A stretch of DNA of 64,000 nucleotides, taken from Selaginella moellendorffii. Its lineage: Eukaryota > Plantae > Lycopodiophyta. The stretch lies in contig NW_003314314.1 in assembly GCF_000143415.4 (NCBI RefSeq), positions 749,771 to 813,770 on the forward strand, written 5' to 3'. Position 1 is the stretch's first letter. The number at the start of each line of letters is the position of its first letter. The notes below the pieces were generated by a model that saw only the letters and a program-made list of their open reading frames with translations, did no database searches and was not told the origin of the DNA. The position numbers and the translations under genes were made by a program. Positions 10,577 to 22,486 of the stretch are shown here, in pieces.

Positions 10577-12475
10577 ATGGGGGGAGAAGACGCCGAGTCG
10601 CTGCGCGCGGAGATCTCTCGTCTCCAGCAGCGCGTGGAGATGCTAGAGCAGAAGCTGGCTGATCGAGATCGCGTGCCTGTGAGGAGCGCGGCGGCGGAGG
10701 ATTTGCGGTCGGCTTACACGACTCATGGATTGGATTCGTATCAGGTCTGTCGATATAGCAGGCAGCTCCTCGTTCCGGCCTTTGGCATCGCAGGTGTGTA
10801 TTACGAATAGTTTCTCTTCTGGAACTTCCTTTTTCTTCTTCGAGGCTAACGAGCTAGTATCAGGCCAAGAGAAGTTGCTAAGTTCTTCCATTTTGGTTAT
10901 TGGCTGTGGAGGCTTAGGCTCTTCTGCCGCATTATATCTTGCCGCCGCTGGTGTTGGTATACTTCGTCGAATTCTAGTGCGTGAATCATTTTTTCTGCGG
11001 CAGGTGTTCTTGGGCTTGTGGACCGTGATACTGTGGAGCTAAACAATCTCCATCGCCAGGTACTTCGTTTCGTTCTTCGCATTTCAGACATTTTTTTCTT
11101 CGTTCTTTTCAGATCATCCACTCCGAGGAAGCCATCGGTACGTCAAAAGTGAGGTCCGCTGCTACGTCTTGCAGGAGGTATGGTGTTTCTATGCGTCAGC
11201 AATGGTTTCTAGTTCTTTCTTCCTGTCGTTCCTCAGGATTAATAGCTCTCTATCCATTTTGGAGTTTCCAAATGGATTTTCCGCTGACAATGCATTGGAG
11301 ATTGTGAGAAAGTATGCCATTCAATCGTCCTTTCGCCTGAATTCTTCGCATTCTTCAACAGGTTCGATGTGGTCGTCGATGCTACGGACAATCTCCCGAG
11401 TCGCTACCTCATCAGTGACGCCTGCGTTGTTGCAAGGAAGGTACATATCCATCAATTCGGATGTATAGAACGGATAAAAGAACACTCGTAATTCGCGTTT
11501 CCAGCCATTGGTATCCGGCGCAGCACTCGGTCTAGATGGCCAGGTAAGACTTTCATCAGCTTGATGTGATTTAATCCAACATTCTTTTATGCAGCTAACT
11601 GTTTACAATCACAAGAATGGACCATGCTATCGTTGCTTATTTCCTCTCCCACCTCCTCAAAGCGCTTGCCAAAGATGTTCTGATAGCGGAGTACTTGGTG
11701 TTGGTACGTGAAGCTTTACAGCCTCGAAGATCTGAATCCTTTATTCTTGTTCTTGCAGTGCCAGGAATAATTGGCTCCCTTGAAGCTCTAGAGGCAATCA
11801 AGCTTGCAAGTGGTATCGGGGAGCCACTTAGCAGCAGAATGCTAATCTTTGATGCGACCTTGGGAAGGTTTCAAAATGTAAGGCACGCTGTTCCTTTTGA
11901 GCTGAGCAAGTCATCTAGACTTTGTCTTTTATCAGATCAAACTGAGAGCAAAGAATCCAAGCTGTGTGGCGTGTGGAGACAATCCGGAAATCACTGAAGC
12001 GAATTTTCACAACATGAATTACGAGGAGTTTACCGGAGTTGCCATGACAGATGAGGTAAGTAGGACCAACACGCTTTCAAATCTTCGATAATCTTTCTCT
12101 ATCATTTCGTAGGCTCCAGTTCGAAAGCAAGTGGTCTCTCTTTCCAATTCCCTGAGCTGCTTAGAGCTGAGAAAACGCATCGAAGAAAAAGTCCCTCACG
12201 TCCTGTTAGACGTCCGTGACGAGCACCAGTACGCCATCAGCGCGCTGCCACAGTCGACAAACATTCCTCTCTCGCAACTCCAGAAGAACAGCCAAGAGCT
12301 CCGCGATATCATACTCGACGACGAGAAGATGCCAGTCTTTGTTATCTGCCGGAGGGGGAATAGCTCTCAGGAAGCTGTGGAGCTGCTCAGAAACTCTGGA
12401 GTTAACGCCTTGGATGTCACGGGAGGACTTGAGGCGTGGTCCAGAGAGGTAGACTCCAAGTTTCCTTTGTACTAA
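10577..12475 (+). CDS. CNX5: Molybdopterin-synthase adenylyltransferase/sulfurtransferase (ThiF + rhodanese), multi-exon
   Basis: [55 protein letters not shown]-terminal rhodanese domain (DVR...ICRRGNSS...[17 protein letters not shown]); MOCS3/UBA4 orthologue. Confidence 0.93.
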
Positions 12476-12771
12476 ATCGTTTTTTCTCTACAGGAAAGCT
12501 CAAAGGTCTTGGTTTTCTTAGAAACAAAGCACTTTTTCTTTCGAGAATCATCAAAAGTTTCGCGGAATAATCTCGTTTCGAAGCAAAGGTAAAGAGTTTT
12601 GCTTGAGAAAGACTACAATGGAAGAAAAGTCCAAGCCAACCAAAGTTTTGGTTCTAGCCAATCAAAGTATTGGAAGCTACAACCTTTCCCACAGAGAGTT
12701 TGATCTATCAAAAACACCATGGCGGTTGTATATAATTCTAGAACTTGGGAGCTACATCGTCGTCTTGGGCG

Positions 12772-13230
12772 CTAGAAGCAAGCGTCTAGCAAACAACAGC
12801 AACACAAGGCCGCCAAACTGGAAGAAAAGAAAAGGATCAAACAAACAACAAATGCAAAAAAAAAAGGGAAGAGCTTCGAGCGAAGCGAGGCTCCAGAGAT
12901 TTTAGAACTATAAATTTTACCATCCCTCGATGAACGATGGGCCTTTGTTGTTTTGATGATACTGCTCCTGGTTATATCCCGGCTGTTGGACTGGATAGCC
13001 CGCTGGAGGATAGCCTTGCTGAGGATATCCCTGTGGAGGATAGCCTTGCGGAGGATAGCCCTGGGCGGGATACGCTTCATACCCTGCCAAAACACACCAG
13101 ATCTCTCAGATATCTTCGCGATCAGGGTAAAATCGTCGCAAAGATCTCGCGATTTCTCGCGGCGCTTACCTTGAGCATAGCCTTGCGGCGGCGGCGCTTG
13201 CACTGGCGGCTTCTGATCGTAGTAGCTCAT
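12772..13230 (-). CDS. CYSTM cysteine-rich tail-anchored peptide, 3 exons
   Basis: MSYYDQKPPVQAPPPQGY, GYPPQ tandem repeats, terminal CLAALCCCCLLDACF. Confidence 0.9.
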   Translation of the reverse strand: MSYYDQKPPVQAPPPQGYAQGKRREKSRDLCDDFTLIAKISERSGVFWQGMKRIPPRAILRKAILHRDILSKAILQRAIQSNSRDITRSSIIKTTKAHRSSRDGKIYSSKISGASLRSKLFPFFFAFVVCLILFFSSSLAALCCCCLLDACF

Positions 13231-13556
13231 CCTCTCCTCCGCCAAGAAATCGAATCGATCGAAAGCAAAACGAACGAGTAAGTGGTGCGCGTACCCGTTA
13301 TAAAGGGGGCCAAAAACGCGGAATGGCTATTCCTAGGCTTGACGGACGGTCGAGATTCGCGGAGGCCACTAATCGACGGCTTCCCGGAAGCTGGCCTTCT
13401 AAAGACTGGGTTTATGGGGTTTAGGGCTGACGATGCCCCCTGTTTTTTAGGGTTCTTGAGGATGAGGAAGCTCTGGCGATGGCGACGCGCCAGCTTGCGC
13501 CAGGTTCGTGCTGGATTTGTCGCGGATTTTGATTGATTCTCGTGTTTTCAGGGAGA

Positions 13557-16281
13557 ATGCCGTGGCGCGGGTTGTTTGTTTCGAGCATATCGACGCAATG
13601 CGGGTCTTCCAGTGATTTGTTCGATGTCTCGGCATTGCTGCGGCTAGGAGGAGCAAAGGCGGCGCTGGATTATCTCGATTCCAGGCAAGGTCGAGATGGT
13701 TTCTTGGATTCTTCCACGCTCGCGAGGTTGCTGCTGGATTGTGGAAGATCCAGCGCTCTCGCGGAGGGCCGGCGCGTCCACGAGTACGTTGTGAGATCCA
13801 GGTTTGTCCGCGACGCGTTCCTTGGCAATCACCTCGTCCATATGTATCTCAAATGCCAGAGCTTCGACGAGGCCGAGAGGGTTTTCCAGAGCGCTGCTTG
13901 TGAGAGCTTTGATGTTGCAACGTGGACGGCAGTGATCGTCGCTAGAGCGGGGCTTGGGAAATGGAAGTTGGTGTTTGGTCAGCTGGATGAGATGGATCGG
14001 AGAGGGATTCCACCGGACAGGGTCATGATCAAGACGTTGCTCACTGCTTGTACCAAGCTCGGTGCTCTGGAAGAAGGGAAACTTATCCAGGATCGTCTAG
14101 CAGGAACCCAGCTCGAGCTCGATATTGGTGTGCTCAACCTCACGATTAACATGTACGTGAAGTGTGGTTGCCTAGATGGAGCAGTGCAAACTTTCGCGAG
14201 GATGAAGCGACGGGATGTGGTCTCCTGGACTGTGATGATCGGAGCTTACTCACAGGATGGAAAGTTCAGCCTCTCGCTCCAGCTCTTCCGGGAAATGCTG
14301 CTCGAAGGGACTACTCCAAACAGTGTCACCTTTGTCAGTATTTTGAGCGGCTGCGAAGCACCATCTTCACTCGAGCAAGGGAGGCAGATTCACGCTCTAG
14401 TGGTGGAGAGCAGTCTCGAGTCACACGTCGTTGTAGCGAATTCTCTGCTGGGGATGTATAGCAGATGCCGCAGCTGGGAGGATTCGAGAAGTTTGTTCGA
14501 CAGAATGAGCGTCCGAGACTCGGTTTCATGGTCGACGATCATCATGGCCTGCTCTCGGGAGGAATCCCACTGCAGGGATGCTCTCCCGCTTTACCGCTCC
14601 ATGCTCCACGAAGGTGTGATGCCGAAGACGTTAGCTTTGTCGATGGTGCTCGAAGCTTGCGGCAGCTTGGCGGAACTTAAGGGTGGCAAGCTCGTCCATG
14701 CACACGTTATAGAGAGCGGCTTAGAAGGCGACCTTGTGGGGATATCACTCGTCAACATGTACGCGAAGTGCGGTACCGTGGGGGAAGCTCGCAAAGTTTT
14801 TGAAAGGATCAACAACCGGAGCCGGATTCTCTGGAACTCGATGATCACAGCATACCAAGAAAGGGATCCTCACGAAGCTCTCCATCTCTTCCGAGAAATG
14901 CAGCCGGAAGGCGTCAGTCCGGACAGGATCACCTTCATGACGGTGCTCAACGCGTGCGTCAACGCGGCGGATTTGGAGAACGGGAGGACGATCCACAGAA
15001 GGATAGTCGACAGTGGATTCGCAGCGGACGTTCGCGTTGCGACGGCTCTCTTCAACATGTATGCAAAGTGTGGAAGCTTGGGAGAAGCTCGAGGGGTTTT
15101 CGACAGCATGGTATTTCGGGACGTCGTGTCGTGGAACAACATGATTGCTGCCTACGTCCAGGGCCGCGATGGAGAGGGCGCGATCTCACTCTGCTGGGCA
15201 ATGCAGCTCGAAGGTATGAGACCAGACAAAGCAACTTTTGCTAGCCTGCTCAACGCCTGTTCGGATCCTAATCGTCTCGTTGATGGCCGACAGATTCATT
15301 CGTGGATCGCGGAGAGCCGGCTGGAGAATGATATAGTCATGGTGACGGGACTCATCACCATGTACGCCAACTGTGGGAGCCTGAACAACGCGAGAGAAAT
15401 CTTTGACAACATCTTCTCCAACAGTCAGCAGCACCACCGGGACTTATTCCTCTGGACGTCGATGATTACTGCCTACGAGCAGCACGGCGAGTATAGGAAA
15501 GCTCTTGAGCTCTACGAGCAGATGCACTCTAGACAGGTCGAAGCGGACAGGGTGACTTTCATCTCGGTTCTCAACGCCTGTGCGCATCTCTCCGACTTAC
15601 GCCAAGGCCAGGCCATCCACGCTCGTGTCATGCGAAGAGGGCTCGCGACAGACGTAGCAGTGGCGAATTCCATCGTCTTCATGTATGGGAAGTGTGGGAG
15701 CTTCGACGAGGCCAGCATAGTCTTCGAGAAGACGAAGCACAAGGACATCTCCTTGTGGACTGCCTTGATAGCGTCCTACGCTCGTCACGGTCACGGTGAA
15801 CAGGCTCTCTGGATCTTTCGAAGGTTGAGGCAGGATGGCATCGAGCTCAGCAACTTAACGTTCGTCGCCATGCTTTCCGCGTGTAGTCACGTCGGTCTCA
15901 TCGAGGAAGGCTGCGAGTTCTTCGCCTCCATGGCCGAGCTCGGGATTGAGCCGAATATGGAGCACTACAGCTGCTTGGTGGACTTGCTCGCAAGAGCCGG
16001 GCATCTACACACCGCGGAGGAGTTCCTCTCGAGAATGCCGGTGGCAGCCAACACCATAGTTCTCACAGCCTTGCTCGCTGCTTGCCGAGTTCACGGTGAC
16101 GTCGAGAGAGCTCGTCGTGTTGCGGAAAAGCTCGAGGCCTTGGACCCGGAGAGTGAAGCACCATACGTGACTCTCTCGAACATTGAGATGGTACTTAGAT
16201 TTTTTTTCTTGGCTTGTCCTTACTTTCTTTGTTCCTTCCTTTGTTTTTTTGCAGGGTGATCATTCCATCTGCTACCTTTGA
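13557..16281 (+). CDS. PLS-class PPR protein with truncated E domain; probable tiny last exon 16255-16281
   Basis: About 20 P-L-S motifs (MYAKCGSLxEARxVFDxM..DVVSWN), EHYSCLVDLLARAG, E motif ending YVTLSNI; GT-AG intron 16191-16254. Confidence 0.9.
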
Positions 16282-16539
16282 GTGACTTACACCTGACAAT
16301 GAGCGTTGGATAAGATGCCTTTTCTATCTTAAGAGGACTAAATCTGTGTCCTTGCGTTAAGGGTAAGTAGCTGTTTAAATAGATTCTAAGCCTTGTAGTT
16401 CCGTCGTGATTCTTCTTCTCTTTCGTCAACATAGTTCCTTGTCGGTATCGATTATTCAGCCTGACCCTCAACATTTTTTTCTCATGTTGTGAAGTATCTT
16501 GGCAACTAAAAGTCTCGAGAGAAAGAGGGGCAGCGCGCC

Positions 16540-18008
16540 ATGGAGGTCGATGGCGGAGCTTCCAAAGAGCGGCGATGGCTTCCAAATTCATACGTTATGA
16601 AGCTCACGCTGGCGGCCGGATTGGGTGGGCTTCTTTTTGGCTATGACACTGGTAAGCGAGCCTTCCTGATCCCTTTTCTCCTTCTTCTCTAATGGAATTG
16701 AGCTGCAGGAGTCATTTCTGGAGCGCTTCTATACATCCGTGATGACTTCCCGGAGGTGGACCGAAGCACGGTCCTTCAGGTGATGCAAAGAACGAACATT
16801 GAATTGGTTTCTCACTCGATGGACACCAGGAAACGATTGTTAGCACGGCCATTGCTGGAGCGATCCTGGGAGCTGCCATTGGTGGAAAGATGAGCGATCG
16901 TTTTGGAAGGCGGCCCGTGCTGATTGTGGCGGATGCTTTGTTCGTAGTTGGGGCGGTGCTCATGGCAGCAGCAACAAGTGCCACGTTATTGATCGTGGGT
17001 CGAGTCTTCGTTGGACTTGGAGTTGGAGTTGCGTCTATGACAGCTCCTCTCTATATCGCCGAGGCTTCTCCCGCGAGTAAGCGCGGGGGACTCGTGAGCT
17101 TGAACGTTCTCATGATCACCGGAGGACAGTTCATATCTTACGTTATAAATTTTGCTTTCAGCAAGGTACTTCCTTCTCTCTCCTATATTCGATGTACTGA
17201 GCTGATGCTATTTTGGATACAGCTGCCTGGAACTTGGCGATGGATGTTGGGAGTAGCGTGCGTGCCTGCCCTTCTCCAGGCGTTTCTCATGTTCTTTCTT
17301 CCGGAGTCTCCTCGGTGGCTCTTCAGACAGGTAAAAAAACTCTTGAAAATGTTTTTTAACTCACGCGAATGACCAGGGACGAGTCGACGAGGCTGTTGTC
17401 GTGCTGACCAATATCTACCCCGGGGATCAACTGAAAAAAGAAATGGGCGAGCTTCAGGCTTCCGTGGATGCCGAGAAAGAAAACAAGGCTTCGATAAAAG
17501 AACTTATTAAATCCAGAGAAATCAGGCTTGCTCTACGAGCTGGCGTTGGTCTCCAGGTACTCTAGAAACTTTTTCCTGAAACTTTGGTGATATATCTTTT
17601 CCCACAGATTTTCCAGCAGTTCGTGGGGATCAACACGGTCATGTACTACAGCCCCTCCATCGTGGAGCAAGCCGGCTTCGCGTCACACCAGACCGCGCTG
17701 CTACTCTCCATGATCGTTGCCGGCATGAACGCTCTGGGAACAATCGCAGGGATAGTCCTCATCGACAAGTTTGGCAGGCGTCGCTTGTCCATGAGCAGCC
17801 TCGTCGGCGTCATCCTCGCTCTGGGACTCCTCACGGCCGCGTTCCAGATCACAGCCAGCGACGCTCCAGCGGTGGACATCACCTCCTCGTTCGCCTCTCC
17901 ATACACTTGCCCGGACTTCTCCAGGAACTCCGCTCGCTGGGACTGCATGTCGTGCTTAAAGCACGACTGTGGTTTCTGTGGAGCCGAATCCAATCAGGCA
18001 AGCATAAG

Positions 18009-18049
<41 letters not shown>

Positions 18050-18568
18050 GAGTCTCTCAGCTTCTAAAACTTGTTCTTCTCCTCATAGATGTTTGCCGGG
18101 AGCTGTTTCATCTCGAACAGAACCGTGGGTGACTTTTGTGGCGACAACCATCGACCGTGGTTCACGAAAGGCTGTCCAAGTCACTACGGGTGGCTGGCTC
18201 TCATCGGCCTGGGAGCTTACATCGCAGCGTTCTCTCCAGGTATGGGGCCGGTGCCTTGGGCCGTCAACTCGGAGATCTATCCTCTCAAGTACCGGGGGGT
18301 CTGTGGGGGGATCGCAGCCACCGCAAACTGGGTGTCCAACCTCATCGTCGCGCAGAGCTTCCTCTCGCTCACCAAGGCCATTGGAACGTCGTGGACGTTT
18401 CTACTGTTTGGAGGGATCTCGGTGGCGGCGCTGCTCTTCGTCTTCTTTTGGGTTCCTGAGACCAAGGGCCTGTCGTTTGAGGAGATCGAGAGGCTGTGGC
18501 AGGGGGAGAATCGGCAGCAGCAGCCGCGGGGCATCGAATCCAAAGAAGCCGCCGTTGAGAATGCGTGA
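16540..18568 (+). CDS. Inositol transporter (MFS sugar porter, INT2/INT4-like with Cys-rich PSI loop), multi-exon
   Basis: [90 protein letters not shown]. Confidence 0.92.
18013..18048. repeat. (CT)18 microsatellite in the last INT intron
   Basis: Read directly from the sequence. Confidence 0.95.
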
Positions 18569-20524
18569 GACAGAGAGATCAAAATGGTTTGTGACAAGTT
18601 CGAACTCTTTCATGCTGTGATTGATCAAGAAAGTGTATATGTTTTTCTAGTGTATGAGAGATGTGTGTATGTTGTGACCCATGGGGTGTTTGTTGGTCAT
18701 CAAATTCTTGCTGCACCAACTTTCCAAAGTTGGTGAATGTGTGTGAATTGAATGCTTAGGATGCTTTCATATATATGTCTTTCTGCTCTATTTCTAGAGC
18801 TTGGACCACAGAGCAAACACCAACTATGACCAACACCCCCATCAAGTCAGCAATCATGTGAATTTTGTGTTTCTCGCTTTTTATTCTTTTTATTTTTTTA
18901 TTTTTATTTTTCTCTTTTTTTTTGCTTTTCAGTGATGCAAGCCCTTCACCAACACACAAGGATCAGTGCTGCCAGGACAAAATTTCAAGGAAATCAGGGA
19001 GAGTTTGATGAACAAGCAATGCCAACCAGTCGCCAGGAACCAAGTGTTGCCAGGTTTTGTCCATATGATGTAAGTTGGAACAAGAAAAAACAGCAAGAGG
19101 GCAAGAAAGGTGGCAGGCAGTTTGTGATAAAAGAGAATCTGATGATCTCCATTTTGATGATGATGATGATATATGATCTTCATTTTGTAGAACAAAATGG
19201 ACGAAAAGGATGACTCCTGGGAAGAAATGTTATGATCCATCCAATCAATCCAGCAATCCAATCCCTTTCAACCTGTGGCTATGGTGACAAACAACAATCT
19301 CACCAGAGAATCCATAACGGATTCTTCTCTGCAGACTGCTCCCGTCCTCGCACTGTCTCGCTGCACAGCAATTAAATTCCAAAAACCATGACAGGGATTC
19401 TTCTTGGGGGTAAAACAAACTCTTTGTATTTTTCCCGTCTTTTTTTTTTTTTTTTTCCTGAGTTGTTCTTCCTTCTATCGATCATGTGTTTCTTGCTTGC
19501 GATGTCCTCCCATTTTTCGTAATTTTTTTTGACTCCAGAAGATGGAACTTTGGATGGAATTTCTTTGGTGGGTTTGCCAGAGATCCGCAAAAGGACGCCC
19601 CAGTTGCTCGTCAACAGGCTTTCAGGCGGCAGCCAGGAGCAACGTGTCTGCGTGAAAGCTGAAAGCTACCAACACCAAGGCGTGCGGTGACTCACTCACT
19701 CACTCTACACTGTGAGAAGAAAAGAAAATCTTTCACTTCCTCGGCATTCGCGCATAGGAAACTCACCACTAGATTCCCATTCTTGCTTATCTTATGGCTG
19801 TAGATCGAAGAAAACAACCCCATGATCGATCGATCCATCGCCAAGCTAGCTAGGAAGGACGAAAGCTCCTAAGAAAATGAAAGCTTTGGTAGAGATGGCG
19901 GCACGGGTTATTGTGAGTACGAGCGAGCGAGCAAGAAAAAAGGAGAGGGATCAAAGAAACAAGCAGTGAAAAGCGAGAGATTCGCTGGCATGCCCTGTCC
20001 GTTATCGCGGAGCGGAGGTTTTTCTTCTCTTTCTTTTTTTCTCCCTTTTTTTCTTCGTCTCAGTTCTCGCTTAGCCGAACTATAGAACTATAGCCTTAGA
20101 AAAATCTCGCACGGCGATCAAAGAAGTGCGTCGAAAGGATCGATTAAAATGGTTTTCTTCTTCTTTGGTCTTGTTCTTCCTCGGCAACCTCACCGACCCT
20201 CTGAGAGGAGGAGCGATCCTAGCTAGGATCGCAGCATTTGGGCTCGCGGATCGAGCCAGGAAACGATCTGGGTCGTGGTCATTCCACCCCGCCAGCGCCG
20301 AATCCCAGATGGGTCTCCTGGCACTGCTCCTGTGCTGCGAGAGGAAGCTCATCTTCTTCCACAGATCTTCATCGCGGGGCTCCAGGCGATTCCGGTGGGA
20401 GGAGGCCAATTCGTGGTGGATCTCGGGATGGATCGCGCCTCAGGTATGGTGGTAGCATTTGCTCGTGTGGGGAGTAGGATCATAGATTATACAGCATAGA
20501 TGATAGATCTCCCACTTTAAATCA

Positions 20525-22486
20525 ATGGGCTCCAAGAAGGAAGGAAGCTTTGCGGGATGGCTCCAGAGAGTCCGCAAGACGGGCGAGCACAGCGATCTCA
20601 CTGTCAAGATCCAAGACCAGGAATTCAAGCTCCATATGCTCCCGCTTGTCAACGAATCCACTTACTTCCAATCCATCAACTCCGCCACCTCCAATTCCAA
20701 TCCGGATTCTTCCACCACCGCCACCACCTCCAGCTCCAGCTCTTCCGGCGGAGAGGCATCCACCGCCAAGCTCGATCCTCAAGATAAAAGAAAACACCAC
20801 CGCCACCATCGCCACCACCACCACCACCAACAGATCAAAGAGGTGGCCATCGACGAGCTCCCTGGCGGCGGCGCCGCCTTCTCCATCGCCGCCGACTTCT
20901 GCTACATCATCCGGCCCAGCTTCACCACCGCCAACGTTGCCGCCGTGCGCGCCGCCGCCGAGTTCCTGGGCATGGCCGATCTCATCGACAGCACCAAGAA
21001 GTTCCTCTACTCCAACGTCTTCTTGAGCTGGAAGTCGTGCGTCACCTTTCTCCGCGAGTACCAACCGATCTATTCCTCCACCGACGAGTATATCGAATCG
21101 CGAGCTCTCAAGGTGGTGACCGCGGCATGCACGAAGGCGTTCCTCGACACCAAGCACGTCTCAGTGCCGATCTCCTCGCTCGCCATCGCCGCCAGCGCCA
21201 GCGCCTCCACCACCTGGCACAGCTCCCCCAGCGCCAACCTCAAGGACGTTTTGATCGCGGTGGCGCAGCTCCCCGATCGCTACTCCATGCAGCTCCTCGA
21301 TCAGCTCGTCGCCTCGGATACCAACTTGAACATCAAGTGCCGCCAGTCGAGGAGCGTCCGGGAGTGGATCGACTATCTCCTCCGGAGCGAGTGCAAGCGG
21401 ATCAAGCCCCGGATCTGGATCGTGCTATGCCTGGCCAGGATGCTGCTCAAGAACGCTCCCAGGAAGCGGCCATGGCTGGAGCTCTCGTCGCAGTATTGGT
21501 GTAGCTTGCTGGAGCACGCGGCGGGATTGATGGCGCAGACGGACGATCCGGCGGCGAGGGCGAGCTTGGCGGCGGTGAAGGCGTCGCTCCAGCGGCGGAT
21601 TGGAGCGAGCTTGCACGAGCTCGACGATTACATCCAGGCGTACAGCTTCGAGCCGGAGACACTGCTGGCGCTGGTGAGGCACTTCATGGCCGGGAGGAGG
21701 AGGAGGAGGAGAGGTAGAATTAGCTCGTCGAGCCATGCAGCGCTGGAGGACGAGGAGATGGAGGACCTGGACGACAATCCGGAGGAGGAGGAAGAGGTTG
21801 ATCGTGAAGAAGTTGATGTGGAGCAAGGGGAGGGCGAGATCGAGGCGGTGGCGAGCGAGGTTGACGGGTGCTTGTGGGGATACGCCGAGAGCGGCGTGAT
21901 CTCGTGCGAGACTTTTGTGGCGCTGGAGCGGGCATTTCCTCCGGGATCGCGCGGGAACCACGACATGCTCTACTCGGCGGTGGAGAAGATGATCGCCAAG
22001 AACAGGCTCGGTGGCGACGAGATCCACAAGCTGTGGAGCTTCGTGGATTGCTCCAAGCTCAGCTCGGGTGTGTATGACAAGGCGATGAGGAACGCCTCGT
22101 ATCTCTGCCAGCCCCATGTCCTCGAGTGTGTGCTGCGAAGGCACAGCGAGGAGCTCGATGGCGATCACGGCGGCCACCATGCTTCGTCCATCGACTTTCG
22201 GGATGTCATGCACAAGGTGATCAAGGCGAGCCTGAAGCTGCTCGAGGAGAACTCGCGGAGGTCGAAAGAGATCAAGGAGCTGCAAAAGCAGTACGCGGGG
22301 CTCGTGAGCTCCGGGTTCAAGGTTTATCCGGCTGGGGAGGACGATGGTGGTGATGGTGGCCATCGCCGGGGCGAGGATGATAGTGTTGACGATAGTAACA
22401 GCACTGGGGATGATGATAACTACGTTGTTATTCCTCCGGTTCCACCTCGCAGTGAGATCACAGAGATCAAAGCTGAGAGAACTTAG
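20525..22486 (+). CDS. BTB/POZ protein, divergent NPH3/RPT2-like (NRL) family, intronless
   Basis: SDLTVKIQDQEFKLHMLPL, LPGGGAAFSIAADFCY, NVAAVRAAAEFLGM, LSWKSCV; NPH3-like FVALERAFP..HDMLYSAVE..VDCSKLS; C-terminal coiled coil. Confidence 0.8.
   Translation: MGSKKEGSFAGWLQRVRKTGEHSDLTVKIQDQEFKLHMLPLVNESTYFQSINSATSNSNPDSSTTATTSSSSSSGGEASTAKLDPQDKRKHHRHHRHHHHHQQIKEVAIDELPGGGAAFSIAADFCYIIRPSFTTANVAAVRAAAEFLGMADLIDSTKKFLYSNVFLSWKSCVTFLREYQPIYSSTDEYIESRALKVVTAACTKAFLDTKHVSVPISSLAIAASASASTTWHSSPSANLKDVLIAVAQLPDRYSMQLLDQLVASDTNLNIKCRQSRSVREWIDYLLRSECKRIKPRIWIVLCLARMLLKNAPRKRPWLELSSQYWCSLLEHAAGLMAQTDDPAARASLAAVKASLQRRIGASLHELDDYIQAYSFEPETLLALVRHFMAGRRRRRRGRISSSSHAALEDEEMEDLDDNPEEEEEVDREEVDVEQGEGEIEAVASEVDGCLWGYAESGVISCETFVALERAFPPGSRGNHDMLYSAVEKMIAKNRLGGDEIHKLWSFVDCSKLSSGVYDKAMRNASYLCQPHVLECVLRRHSEELDGDHGGHHASSIDFRDVMHKVIKASLKLLEENSRRSKEIKELQKQYAGLVSSGFKVYPAGEDDGGDGGHRRGEDDSVDDSNSTGDDDNYVVIPPVPPRSEITEIKAERT

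Noticed and set aside
12345-12372. CNX5 rhodanese loop CRRGNSS versus the usual CRRGNDS
   Set aside because: It is a single substitution with the catalytic Cys retained, which is not enough to infer altered function
18929-19261. Minus-strand ORF ending in ...GLHH, a possible CLE peptide
   Set aside because: It lacks the RxxPxGPxP core and an N-terminal signal peptide
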